Source: Takakia lepidozioides (Eukaryota; Plantae; Bryophyta). From it: 64,000 bases of DNA. The stretch is taken from NCBI GenBank assembly GCA_030704615.1, contig CM060734.1, forward strand, positions 52,390,001-52,454,000, given 5' to 3'. The position numbers were made by a program, and so were the translations under genes. The number at the start of each line of letters is the position of its first letter. Position 1 is the stretch's first letter. A model generated the notes under the pieces. The model was not told the origin of the DNA. It was given only the letters and a program-made list of their open reading frames with translations, and searched no databases. Shown piece by piece: positions 38,476 to 50,140 of this stretch.

Positions 38476-38732
38476 GTGAGTGCCTGTTAGCTTACATAGA
38501 GAAGCAGACAACAAGATGCAATGCAAAGCTTTGCTGGAAATTGTCGTCCTCTCTCTCCCCAGCACATTTTGAAGGTCTTGAGAGCAATTCAGCATAGGAA
38601 CTAGTGTGTGGGGTGTTTGCTAGAACAAATCTGGGCTGTCATTGTCAGCCGCTAGCAGCAAGGGGAGGATGTGTGCATGATTTATGCAGAGGCAGGGATA
38701 GCTGAAGGAGAAGGGATAGAGTGTGGGTCCAG

Positions 38733-41700
38733 ATTCATCCAAGAGGGCCAGATCTCAAGCACAAGATTACCTATGATTTCCTGTTGGTCGATAGCTACAT
38801 GAAACCTGCATGGGTAGATGGTCAACTGGAAGCAGCAGCAGCAGCAGCGACGGCACAGTTGATAAAATCAGGCACCTCAACCAGGACCACAGCTTCCAAA
38901 AGAGGACCAACAGTGGGAGTCCACAGTGCCACTTCTGGCTCCTATGGGCATCTCAGGATGCTTTGTGGGGCAGGGCGACTGAAAGAGGCTCTACAGACTT
39001 TAAACCAAGGAGGCGTTTCAGCAGATTCAGATACTTATGTCTGGCTCTTGCATGAGTGCATCAAAATGAAAGGCCTGAAAGCTGGAAAGCAGGTGCACGC
39101 TCACATTATTCAAAGTGGATTCAAGCCAAATGTTTTTCTACACAACACCCTTGTCAACATGTATGTTAAGTGCGGGAGCATCGTGGATGCTCACCAAGTG
39201 TTCAACAGCATGCCTCAACGATGTTTGATCACGTGGAATATAATGATGGCAGGATTTACCAAGCATGGGTGTGGTAGGAATGCTTTGGAGACCTATGAGC
39301 AAATGATACTGGAAGGGGTGAAACCCAACCACATCACGTTTGTTTGCATTTGCAATGCATGTGCGAGCCTGGCAGCCCTGGAAAAGGGCAAAGAGGTCCA
39401 TGGTGACATTGTAAAAGCTGGAATTGTACCAGATGTCATTCTGAACAGTACGCTTGTGGACATGTATGCCAAATGTGGGTGCCTCGAGGATGCAAAGGGA
39501 GTATTTGACAACATGGCTGAACGGAATGTGGTGTCGTGGAGCGCAATGATTGCAGGGTATGCTCAGCAGGGGCGTGGCATGGAGGCCTTGGAGATGTATG
39601 AGCAAATGGTGCGGGAAGGGGTGAAGCCCAACCAAATCACGTTTGTTTGTGTTTGCAATGCGTGTGCGAGCCTGGTAGCCCTGGAAAAGGGCAAAGAGGT
39701 CCATGGTGACATCGTCAAAGCTGGAATTGTACCAAATGTCATTTTGAACACTGCCCTGGTGGACATGTATGCCAAATGTGGGTGCCTTGAGGATGCAAAA
39801 GGAGTGTTTAACAATATGACTGAACGAAATGTGGTGTCGTGGAGCGCAATGATCGCAGGATATGCACAGCAGGGGCGTGGGATGGAGGCTTTGGAAACCT
39901 ATGAGCAAATGATGCGGCAATGGGTGAAGCCCGACCACATCACGTTTGTTTGCGTTTGCAATGCATGTGCGAGCCTGGCAGCCCTGGAAAAGGGCAAAGA
40001 GGTCCATGGTGAGATCGTCAAAGCTGGCATTGTACCAGATGTCATTCTGAACACTGCCCTGGTGGACATGTATGCCAAATGTGGGAGCATCGAGGATGCA
40101 AAGGGAGTGTTCGACAATATGGCGGAACGAAATGTGGTGTCGTGGAATGCGATGATCACAGGATATGCACAGGAGGGGTGCGGGGTGGAGGCTTTGGAGA
40201 CCTATGAGCAAATGATGCCGGAAGGGGTGAAGCCCAACCACATCACCTTTGTTTGCGTTTGTAATGCGTGTGCGAGCCTGACAGTCCTGGAAAAGGGCAA
40301 AGAGGTCCATGGCGACATGGTCAAAGCTGGAATTGTACCAAATGTCATTCTGAACAATACCCTCGTGGACATGTATGCCAAATGTGGGAGCATCGAGGAT
40401 GCAAAGGGAGTGTTCCACAATATGGCTGAACGAGATGTGGCATCGTGGAGCGCAATGATTTCAGGATATGTACAGCAGGGGTGTGGGATGGAGGCTTTGG
40501 AGACCTATGAGCAAATGTTGCGGGAAGGGGTGAAGCCCAACCACATCACATTTGTTTGCGTTTGCAATGCGTGTGCGAGCCTGGCAGTCCTGGAAAAGGG
40601 CAAAGAGGTCCATGGTGACATCGTCGAAGCTGGAATTGTACCAGATGTCATTCTGAACACTGCCCTGGTGGACATGTATGCAAAATGTGGTAGTATCGAG
40701 GATGCAAAGGGAGTGTTTGACAATATGGCGGAACGAGATGTGGTGTCGTGGAACGCGATGATTGCAGGATATGCTCAGCAGGGGCGCGGGATGGAGGCTT
40801 TTCATACCTATGAGCAAATGTTGGGGGAAGGGGTGAAGCCCGACCACATCACTTTTGTTTGCATTTGCAATGCATGTGCGAGCCTGGCAGCCTTGGAAAG
40901 GGGCAAAGAGGTCCATGGTGACATTGTGAAAGCTGGAGTTGCACCAAATGTCATTCTGAACAATACCCTCGTGGACATGTATGCCAAATGTGGGTGCATA
41001 GAGGATGCAAAGGGAGTGTTCGACAGTATGGCCGAACGAGATGTGGTGTCGTGGAGCGCAATGATCGCAGGATATACGCAGCAGGGACGTGGGATGGAGG
41101 CATTGGAGACCTATGAGCAAATGATGCGGGAAAGGGTGAAGCCCGACCACATCACGTTTGTTTGCGTTTGCAATGCATGTGCAAGCCTGGCTGTCCTGGA
41201 AAAGGGCAAAGAGGTCCATTGTGACATCGTCAAATCTGGAATTGTACCAGATGTCATTCTGAAAACTGCCCTGGTGGACATGTATGCCAAGTGTGGGAGC
41301 ATCGAGGATGCAAAGGGAGTGTTCGACAATATGGCCGAACGAGATGTGGTGTCATGGAATGCGATGATTGCAGGATATGCACAGCAGGGGTGCGGGATGG
41401 AGGCTATGGAGACCTATGAGCAAATGATGCGGGAAGGGGTGAAGCCCGACCACATCACGTTTGTTTGCGTTTGCAATGCGTGTGCGAGCCTGACAGCCCT
41501 GGAAAAGGGCAAAGAGGTCCATGGTGACATCGTCAAAGCTGGCATTGTACCAGATGTCATTCTGAACAATACCCTCGTGGACATGTATGCCAAATGTGGG
41601 TGGATCGAGGGTGCAAAGGGGATGTTCGACAATATGGCTGAACGAGATGTGGTGTCGTGGAACACGATGATCGCAGGATATGCCCAGCATGGTTGTCATA

Positions 41701-42572
41701 GGGAGGCCCTGCAACTATTTGAAGGAATGCAAAAGGAAGGCTTGAAGCCGGACAGTATTGCCTTTCTATGTGTTCTCTCTGCATGCAGCCACGCTGGCCT
41801 ACTGGATGAGGGATTACGCTACTTTGATTCCCTGAGTGTAGATCATGGTGTCACTCTGACAGTAAAGCACTTTGGCTGCATGGTGGACCTTCTTGGACGT
41901 GCGGGGCAATTGGATGAGGCAGAGGACCTCATTAAGAAAATGCCAATCAAACCAGATGTTGTGGTGTGGAAGGCCTTGCTTGGTGCCTGCAGAATCCATG
42001 GCAATGTGGAGATGGCTGAACGTGTGGCAACATCTATTCTCCAGTGGGATGAACAGGATTCCGCGACTTACGTGTTGCTATCTAACATCTATGCCACAGC
42101 TGGCAGGTGGGATGATAGTGCAAAGGTGAGAAAAATGATGAATGTGAGAGGGGTTAGAAAGGAACCAGGTCGCTGCTGCATTGAGGTCGGCAACAGGGTG
42201 CACACCTTTGTTGTAGATGACAAATTGCATCCCAAAATTAAGGAAATCCATGCTGAGCTGAGAAGATTGTCTGGGCAGATGAAGGAAGCAGGATATGTGC
42301 CTGACATGCGCTTTGTATTGCATGATGTGGGGGAGGAGCAAAAGGAATATTCTCTGTGGCACCACAGTGAGAAGCTGGCCATTGGTTTTGGGCTGATCAG
42401 CACGGCCCCTAGGACACCTCTGTGTCTCATCAAGAATCTTCGGGTGTGTGGTGATTGCCACACCTCCACCAAGTTCATCTCAAAGATTGTTGGCCGAGCA
42501 ATTGTCGTACGGGACTCTAACCGCTTTCACCACTTTGAAGATGGGGTTTGTTCTTGTGGAGATTACTGGTGA
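38733..42572 (+). CDS. PLS-class PPR protein with E1/E2/DYW deaminase (organellar C-to-U editing factor), 9 L-S-P triplets + L2-S2; main exon, first in-exon ATG at 38799
   Basis: 101-aa repeats; KEPGRCCIEV PG box, HSEKLA, NLRVCGDCH, terminal CSCGDYW. Confidence 0.95.
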   Translation: MHPRGPDLKHKITYDFLLVDSYMKPAWVDGQLEAAAAAATAQLIKSGTSTRTTASKRGPTVGVHSATSGSYGHLRMLCGAGRLKEALQTLNQGGVSADSDTYVWLLHECIKMKGLKAGKQVHAHIIQSGFKPNVFLHNTLVNMYVKCGSIVDAHQVFNSMPQRCLITWNIMMAGFTKHGCGRNALETYEQMILEGVKPNHITFVCICNACASLAALEKGKEVHGDIVKAGIVPDVILNSTLVDMYAKCGCLEDAKGVFDNMAERNVVSWSAMIAGYAQQGRGMEALEMYEQMVREGVKPNQITFVCVCNACASLVALEKGKEVHGDIVKAGIVPNVILNTALVDMYAKCGCLEDAKGVFNNMTERNVVSWSAMIAGYAQQGRGMEALETYEQMMRQWVKPDHITFVCVCNACASLAALEKGKEVHGEIVKAGIVPDVILNTALVDMYAKCGSIEDAKGVFDNMAERNVVSWNAMITGYAQEGCGVEALETYEQMMPEGVKPNHITFVCVCNACASLTVLEKGKEVHGDMVKAGIVPNVILNNTLVDMYAKCGSIEDAKGVFHNMAERDVASWSAMISGYVQQGCGMEALETYEQMLREGVKPNHITFVCVCNACASLAVLEKGKEVHGDIVEAGIVPDVILNTALVDMYAKCGSIEDAKGVFDNMAERDVVSWNAMIAGYAQQGRGMEAFHTYEQMLGEGVKPDHITFVCICNACASLAALERGKEVHGDIVKAGVAPNVILNNTLVDMYAKCGCIEDAKGVFDSMAERDVVSWSAMIAGYTQQGRGMEALETYEQMMRERVKPDHITFVCVCNACASLAVLEKGKEVHCDIVKSGIVPDVILKTALVDMYAKCGSIEDAKGVFDNMAERDVVSWNAMIAGYAQQGCGMEAMETYEQMMREGVKPDHITFVCVCNACASLTALEKGKEVHGDIVKAGIVPDVILNNTLVDMYAKCGWIEGAKGMFDNMAERDVVSWNTMIAGYAQHGCHREALQLFEGMQKEGLKPDSIAFLCVLSACSHAGLLDEGLRYFDSLSVDHGVTLTVKHFGCMVDLLGRAGQLDEAEDLIKKMPIKPDVVVWKALLGACRIHGNVEMAERVATSILQWDEQDSATYVLLSNIYATAGRWDDSAKVRKMMNVRGVRKEPGRCCIEVGNRVHTFVVDDKLHPKIKEIHAELRRLSGQMKEAGYVPDMRFVLHDVGEEQKEYSLWHHSEKLAIGFGLISTAPRTPLCLIKNLRVCGDCHTSTKFISKIVGRAIVVRDSNRFHHFEDGVCSCGDYW

Positions 42573-44135
42573 GACAATGATTTTCTGGAAAGGTGCGAGT
42601 GTCTTGCTTCATTGATTTATCTGTGTAGCTACTTTGGTTCATCCACCATTTCCTGAGAATTTGACCATGATGTACTGTTGATGGCATTTCCCGTGGCATC
42701 TCCACAGGAAATGATAGTCAGGTCAACCAGCCGAGGTGATGGACTCCATGACTTGACAAGATTACTTAATAAAATACTAGGAGAAAATCTGTGTATCTAG
42801 AACTCAGATGGCACATACGTTTATTTGTCCGACCAAGGCCGACACATGAGATAATGAATCATTACTCCCGGGCTACCTTTGGGGTCCTTTCCGTAAGGGG
42901 AGGAAAACTGTAGGGATCGATCTCCAGACCAGCCCGCTGCAGAGGGTCAGTAAACATTAGATAATAGATTTGATGCCGAGTAATAGAAGTGCCCAGGAAG
43001 TTAATTCTCTTGAACATATGTCAACGGTCAAACTGCTCTTTCTTAAACAAACGGAAAAAGAAAGAATTAAACATATGTTCCCAAATCAACCCAGCAGATT
43101 CCAGGATAGATAGGCTAGCACTCTCAGGTGAAGGTAAAGATAAAGTGAATAACAAGGTCTGCTTCTTGGTGTACAAGGTGCATCCAAGTGTACTTGACGT
43201 ATGTTGGACATATAGGCAATGTCTTCATAAGCACTTTGTCTTACCACTCCCTAGTGTATATTTCAAGAACATTAAATCAACTCTATGAATTCACCGACAT
43301 ACTAATTGTAGAGAAGGGAGCATCTCAGCCAGGTCTCATTGTCTGCAAACACAATGCTCTATTATGTTAGACAAAAACAGAGTCCCTCAAGGATGATTTG
43401 ATATTAGCTTTAGTGATGTTAGTTGTGAAGGTGCATGGGTCTGGGGTTCAGAGGTTCAGACCTCTGTCATCTGTCTCTCTGCTTTGGGCTGGGGCTCTGC
43501 CCCTCCCATGGCTCAGAAAGGGGTTTTATTTTCCCCCTCAAGGCCCAGTTGTACTTTTAAGTATAAAATCTATATTTGTAGTAATATCCGTATTATAACT
43601 CTATTCAGAGATTCTAGCATTCCACCTTGCAAGTGCTTAACTGGTTCATACCATTCATGGTTGACTTTGGTAATGGATTAATGAACCTCCACTGCACATC
43701 TAGGTAGTTATTGGCAATGAGTTTCATAAATATTTTCTTCTTACATCCATCCATTGGGCCTTTAACATATAGATGATGCAAGTTGTAGATTATCAAATAG
43801 ACTTTCATCAAGCTAGGTAGTTATTACTCAATTAGTGTACAAAAAAAATATTGATTCTAATCATCTATTGGGATAGTGAATGAAACTTAGAGATGAGAGT
43901 TCTTTGAGAAGGTCTTGCGGGGAACTTATGTCATCTCTCTCTCTTATTGCTCAACCTGTTAAGATCTAGTTTAACTTTTGGATTGTAGCATGGATTCCTC
44001 ACATCATATAGTGATCTCATTTTTTGAATATCTTTTGAATTTGGTACAAAGCTGTGATGGAATAATTTGAAGGATCAATCAACCAAATAGTAAGTTAATT
44101 TAAAAGGCATAAGCAAGAAGAACAAAGTTTTAGCA

Positions 44136-45266
44136 ATGAGCACATTGTTGGGTGAAATTTTTAAGAAGAAAATCGTAAAAGAACCATTGGGCGTGGAAGT
44201 AAGTCAAGTGCTAAAACAAAAGAAGCCGTCGAAGAGACCAAAGTACACTAGATTCACACAGCAGGAATTGCCCACTTGGAAACCATTGTTTACCCCTACT
44301 TGGGTGATAGTAACATTCATGACGGTGGGCGTGATTTTCATACCCATTGGAGTAGTGGCATTGATCGCATCCAAAAGTGTGGTGGAACTTCTTTATGAGT
44401 ATGATACCCCATGTATCACGGCATATGCCACAAGTCTCATGCCCTTGGCTACGAATGAGGACCGGTCCTCCTACATTCAAGATCCAAATATGCTAAAAAA
44501 TTGTTCAACAAATTTGGTAGTCAAGAAGAAAATGAAAAACCCAGTATATGTATATTATCAGTTGGAAAACTTCTATCAAAACCATCGTCGTTATGTTAAG
44601 AGTAGGAGTGATCGGCAGTTGAGAGGAGTCCAATCAACAAGCATTGCAGACCTAAATATTTGTCAACCTGAGGGCGTCACTACCAATGGACAACAAATTG
44701 TGCCTTGTGGGATGATTGCATGGAGTATGTTTAATGACACTTATAACTTCTCTACCATAAACGGGCCAATCTTTGTAAATAAAACTGCAATATCATGGAA
44801 AAGTGATCGTGAGGAAAAATTTGGTTCTTTGGTTTTCCCTTCCAACTTCCCAAACAATAACAACACCAACGATTCAAACCTCATTGGTGGGGCATCCCTT
44901 AATGAAAGCATACCATTGAGTGATAACGAAGATCTCATAGTATGGATGCGCACAGCTGCCATGCCTACATTTCGCAAATTGTGGGGTCGAATTGAGATGG
45001 ACTTGAATGTGGGTGATAATATATTTGTCAACATCAACAATACTTACAACACCTACAATTTTGGGGGAAGGAAGACATTGGTGCTTTCTACCACCAGTTG
45101 GTTAGGTGGGAAAAATGACTTTTTGGGTTTAGCCTATATTATTGTGGGCATTGTTTGTGTGTTTTTAGGTTTTGTTTTCTTCCTCATTCATTGTACAAGA
45201 CCTAGGCCCCTTGGTGATATCGCATATCTCTCATGGAATCGACAAATAGCTGCATTGGTCAAATAG
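44136..45266 (+). CDS. ALIS: ALA-interacting subunit (CDC50/LEM3 family P4-ATPase beta subunit), intronless
   Basis: KRPKYTRFTQQELP, YVYYQLENFYQNHRRYVKSRSD, IVPCGMIAWSMFNDTY, EDLIVWMRTAAMPTFRKLWGRI, LSTTSWLGGKNDFLG; two TM helices. Confidence 0.95.
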   Translation: MSTLLGEIFKKKIVKEPLGVEVSQVLKQKKPSKRPKYTRFTQQELPTWKPLFTPTWVIVTFMTVGVIFIPIGVVALIASKSVVELLYEYDTPCITAYATSLMPLATNEDRSSYIQDPNMLKNCSTNLVVKKKMKNPVYVYYQLENFYQNHRRYVKSRSDRQLRGVQSTSIADLNICQPEGVTTNGQQIVPCGMIAWSMFNDTYNFSTINGPIFVNKTAISWKSDREEKFGSLVFPSNFPNNNNTNDSNLIGGASLNESIPLSDNEDLIVWMRTAAMPTFRKLWGRIEMDLNVGDNIFVNINNTYNTYNFGGRKTLVLSTTSWLGGKNDFLGLAYIIVGIVCVFLGFVFFLIHCTRPRPLGDIAYLSWNRQIAALVK

Positions 45267-45930
45267 TCATACATTACCCAATATAATCTTCATGGATTTT
45301 TCTACGATTTTGACACATGAACATTATTAATCTACAAATGTGAGTGAATCTAGTAGCATGCATTTAACATGTCTTTCCTATGTAGATTTTGCTCTTCCAA
45401 TACACTCCACACTAACATTGAGAAGAAGACGCATTGAGATCACTTTGCATTCTAATTTCAACTTTCCATATGGATGTATAGAAGACAAAAAGCTGAATAT
45501 TTCCATGGAGTAATGGACTATCACATTTAATGATACATTATTTCCCATGATGTTCTCTGATATTACATCTTCTTATTTGTAATACAACTCTATATGTGAT
45601 TTGTATATTACAAGATCGAACTATCAAAGGTCAATCATTTAATGATCAAATTGGACTTTTAAATGACATACATCTTTCTATAATATCTGTGAGATATAAC
45701 CTCAAATTACTCATGCATTTTTCTCATGATGATGATGCATATGGAAAACATGTGTAAACTCACCATCAAATAAATGGTTAGCAAATAACACGCGTTGTTA
45801 AAAATCAAGTCGAATATTTATTAGTTTGATTTCAACAAATTAAGTTATTCCTAACCTAGATGTGAGATCTATATTCATCATCATTTGCATGTAACAAGGA
45901 ATATTTTGATTCTTTGAGATTGCTAGATCT

Positions 45931-46710
45931 CTATTGGGTTGCATTTTGATGAGCTTTCAATGCAGCATATTTGATTGTTTCACTCACAAGTTGTGGTTTC
46001 CGAGCATTCAAGGCTACATACCCCGGAGACTGCAACACCACATTAAAATGATCGCTTATGAAATTTTTGCAATACTCTAAAAGTTCAGCATCATAAAGAT
46101 CTCCAAATTCCAAATATTCCCAACAATTGTCACATTTAACACATGGTTTTAAAAAAGAAATGTAGTATTGCTTCATTTCTCCATGTACATCGTATTTGTG
46201 GATCAACATCAAACCTCCGAGACCGCAATCTTCAAGATTTTGTGAATCAATGTCACCTCCATATAGAAATTTTAGAAAGAACATTAGAACCTTGGCACTT
46301 GCTTCAGGTACCTCCACCACTGTTGTCAAATGTTCTTTATAGCTTCCACTATTAAACAAATCATGAAATACCGGAGACATGGCTGCTAGAATGTTGCGAT
46401 GGGCTGGGATGTTAATATTGTCATGAGATAAAATGGTGATGTCTGAGTGTAATCCCTCCTCAAGTAGATGTACAATCTGTTTGAGAATGAAACATGTTGT
46501 GCCCATAAAATGATCTTGAGTACATGGTTTTGTACAAAATAATGTACATGATTCATCCTTCATTTGTTCACAAAACAAAGGTGTCTCTTGGGGTACTGAG
46601 GGTTCAAAGGATTTTGATGAGACTTCAACATTTGCTTGCAAACTCATGATTGGATGTGATGGTTCAAAACATTGCGATAAAACTTCACCATCGTTCTCTT
46701 GCATATCCAT
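45931..46710 (-). CDS. BTB/POZ domain protein, intronless
   Basis: HSDITILSHDNINIPAHRNILAAMSPVFHDLF..VEVPEAS..FLKFLYGG..HKYDV; BACK-like C-terminus. Confidence 0.8.
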   Translation of the reverse strand: MDMQENDGEVLSQCFEPSHPIMSLQANVEVSSKSFEPSVPQETPLFCEQMKDESCTLFCTKPCTQDHFMGTTCFILKQIVHLLEEGLHSDITILSHDNINIPAHRNILAAMSPVFHDLFNSGSYKEHLTTVVEVPEASAKVLMFFLKFLYGGDIDSQNLEDCGLGGLMLIHKYDVHGEMKQYYISFLKPCVKCDNCWEYLEFGDLYDAELLEYCKNFISDHFNVVLQSPGYVALNARKPQLVSETIKYAALKAHQNATQ

Positions 46711-47425
46711 GATTGTATGACAATTTAATGACCGTAGAAGAGGTGAAAGAAAATATTGAGTGATGGGTGCCCACAAACTCGTTGCTATTCAAATCTGCAA
46801 GTTTTCGAGACAATTTCCGATTTTAAAGGAGCACAAAGGTCTCATTGTAAAAAAGTCCATGGGTTCAAAACCCAACATTCTCCTATATGCAAGCTTACAT
46901 TGGTCATGTTGCACTAGACATGGGGAATGTATACACGTTAATGCATTCTTATTTATTTGTGTGGCCACCTACTAGAGAACACTTTCGGACCATGATTGCT
47001 ATCGTACGTATATTTGTGGCTGTGCAACGTGCATGAATATGCCGACTAGACTATGCCCTGACATACTATTGGTCGTAGAGCTATTTGTCTTTGTTAATCC
47101 CCCAACTGCACCTGACCTAAATGTCACCGTATTCTACATAGAATCTACAAATTGTCATGATCAATACCTAGAATTGGCTCTACACTCTAATTGAACAAAT
47201 TATACTAACCTATGACCCTCTAATAAAACCTCTTCAAAGCCAATAAGAGCATGAAGTCACTAGCACCTAGGCAAACCACACTATTCAAAAACAAACACAA
47301 CATCACAATAGACGAAGGGAAATAAAAAGAAGATATTACCCCCTCCTTCACAACAGCTACATCATCTCTGCAGCAGCAAACAAAACACAATAACAATTAG
47401 TAAATTGGAACTCACATATAACACT

Positions 47426-47940
47426 GTGATGCTTCACAAAGCATGCCCCCAAGTAGAGAAGACATCTCCACACACAAAACAGAAGTACCTCTATCTTGCA
47501 CCACATGAAACACACTTCCTTCTCCTACTACTTTTCATGGAGAAGTGAAGTGCCCCGGGATTCCCAACGCACACCCTGGCATGACTGTTTTCCTGGGACC
47601 AACCCACCCACCAATCAAACCATTAGCCATCTCTAAATTGAAAAGCAAATGTGAAGGGTGCGATCCCTTGCTGCCATGAATTTGGTACAGAATGTAGCCA
47701 TTCACCAAACTGGCCAGTGTCAACAGAATGGAAGTACAACATGTGCCACCACTTGTGGTCACGGATCTGCACACTATAATATTCACGCAATTGGTCTCGA
47801 ACATCCACTCCCCTCATATTATGTTCTTGGTAGTGTTTCACCACATTGGAGGTGAGCACTGCAAGGCGTCTTGCTTTATTTGCCAACGTCTTATATAACA
47901 ATTAGGATCAACAGGGCTGACAACATTGGACAAGCGGATA
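47426..47940 (-). pseudogene. piggyBac-like transposase C-terminal relic
   Basis: VVKHYQEHNMRGVDVRDQLREYYSVQIRDHKWWHMLYFHSVDT, plus a Cys-rich tail RRRKCVSCGAR*RYFCFVCGDV..CFVKHH. Confidence 0.75.
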
Positions 47941-48439
47941 GATGCAGGTAAGGTGGACCAAAATTAGCGTCACTGACATAGTTTTCTATGACTGTTGTGC
48001 ATAATGATGAATTGCTTTGAATAGAATCAATAATGTTGAGAAACATTTTCCATGCTGGATTCCTAACTTCAATATTTACCTATATCAACTGTCAAATTGT
48101 CAATCAAGTAAAATGTCCAAGAGTAATGGACTTTTGAACACGACAACTGTGGACTGTCACCGCTGCAAATGGAAATACATGGACTCAAAATAAGCCATTG
48201 TGTCTTTGGTGTATTGCTTTGAAATTTTGAGGTAAGGGGGTCAATTTAGAGAACACTCTAGATTTCAATTTAAAATGACAATATTAGCTGTCATTTACTA
48301 CCTATGGACTAATATGAGTATTATATATAGGTGGATTTGTTCTAGTTTAGTACATCTTGTGTTTTGGGCTTTTGAGGTGTCATATTTTACTGCAAATGAT
48401 ACAAAAACATAATATACACTTGTTGTGTGAGAATGAGAC

Positions 48440-48990
48440 AAGTGATGCTTGCTTGCTAAACCTGTAGCCCACTGCTAACCAAGATACCTAAAGATCCCAA
48501 TATCTTAGGTGTCCATTTTGCAAGCCATACTTGCGCAAACCCCTCTTCACTGTCTGCACCACTCTCTCTGTCAAGCCATCGGCCTCAGGATGATCCCGAG
48601 AAGTGGTACGGTGGTCTATCAAGGCTTTATCACACAAAGCCTGAAACTCCTCTAAGAATTCTCTCCCTTGGTCCGTAAATACCTCAGCTAGAGCACCGAA
48701 TCGGCTAAGCACACGATCCAAGAATGCATACGCGGCCCCTCACTAGCCTTGTCAGGCAATAGAACCAACTCAATCCACTTGGAGAAGGGCTCCACCATCA
48801 CCAACACATATCTGTGGTGGCGCATCGTTAGTGGCAACTGCCCTGCGAAGTCAAGACTCCACCTATAGCCCAATCCCATGATGGGTAAAAGTTGCAACTG
48901 GGGTGTAGGGGCGTTGAATGAAACACGCACCCTGTCACACACCATGCACCTAGCCACAAACTGTTGCACCTTTGTGAGCATCCCACAACA
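48440..48990 (-). mobile_element. Ty3/gypsy integrase fragment
   Basis: FVARCMVC..RWSLDFAG..VMVEPFSKWIE..FTDQGREF..HPEADGLTERVVQTVK. Confidence 0.9.
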
Positions 48991-49299
48991 CTAGAAGCCC
49001 AAACTTGGTTGCCATAGCGTTGAGCTATGCAACACTGACCGCCTCTCTATCCATTGCAAACCTGCAACTTGTTCGTCTTTGCACTCTATCTGCTTTGGAT
49101 AGGCTCATGCACGAATCCCTACACTCTAGGCTGAACCGCTTCTCATGATCTGAAAACACAAGTGCTACAACTAACTCGAACCTGACACTCACAGACTCGA
49201 GCTGATCTTTCTCGAGTGATAAAGAAAGAAGGATACAAGCATACAAGCTCTCTTAAACTCATACATTTGCACATGAAAACATCACTCATATATTAAGTC

Positions 49300-49532
49300 G
49301 AGCCAAGTGCACCCCACGCCATGGGGAATTCACACTACAGCGCCATACTTAGACGCGGTGAGGCTCAACTCGAGAAAGATGAGTCCATCGCGATTTGCCA
49401 TGAAGATAACCACGCCAGGTGCCCAAACATGTATTGGCCTTTGGATTGACACTTGGGTCAATCCCAAATGTCAATATATAAAAGCTAGCTATTTTCTAGC
49501 TAACTTCACGCTAGTGGTAAAATAACTTGACA
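49300..49532. repeat. LTR-like dispersed repeat homologous to 7360-7594
   Basis: See 7360-7594; lies next to the gypsy integrase fragment. Confidence 0.55.
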
Positions 49533-49874
49533 TATGTTATAATTTTGACAACATATGATAAAGCTCTTATGGTGTTCTGAAATTGTTGGCCAAATGCAAT
49601 TTTCAACAATGAATGTATGCATTTACCAATTTACAAACTACACCGCCCAAAATTTAAACAAATTTGAGCAAAATTACATTTGAGTGAGTACAAATGTGCA
49701 ATGGGTGGGCTACAGTACTATAGCCATGTAGATGATTTCTTTGTATGCTTGCAAATTCAAGGCATAATGTTTGGGCTACCATTGTGTTTCCCCTTGATAC
49801 TTGTTCACAAATTGAACTTCATGTTTTTTTTTATTAGTATTGTACTTGAAAGGCGATGAAAATATATTACCAGA

Positions 49875-50140
49875 CGGTTGTAGTGCGGCGTGCCCACCCA
49901 TGTGATTCTGGGTTCGAATCCTTCTACCATGTTGGGTTTTGTTCTCCCCCTTCGACAACCAAGTTGTAGCCCAGTGGTAATCGGCACATACCACCTCGGA
50001 AGTGGTTGTGGGTTCAATCCACCGATTGGTGTCACAAAGGTGTCCACCTTCCTAGCGGAAGGCGGTAACTCTTCCGGGTGAAGACACACCATAATTTACG
50101 CTTCCTTCGGGAGGCATCAAATATTATTATTTTCTCCCCC
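49875..50140 (+). mobile_element. SINE-like remnant(s) with tRNA-like heads
   Basis: B-boxes ggttcgaatcc (~49911) and ggttcaatcc (~50011); A-box-like tagcccagtgg (~49966). Confidence 0.45.

Larger units (their letters stand above)
36830..43395 (+). repeat. Segmental duplication copy 1 (PPR locus); paralogous to 57576-63505
   Basis: Collinear similarity over the upstream exons, the PPR ORF and the 3' flank. Confidence 0.9.

Noticed and set aside
39138-41219. Long antisense ORFs (426 aa, 252 aa; also 59879-61159)
   Set aside because: Shadow frames of the repetitive PPR coding sequence
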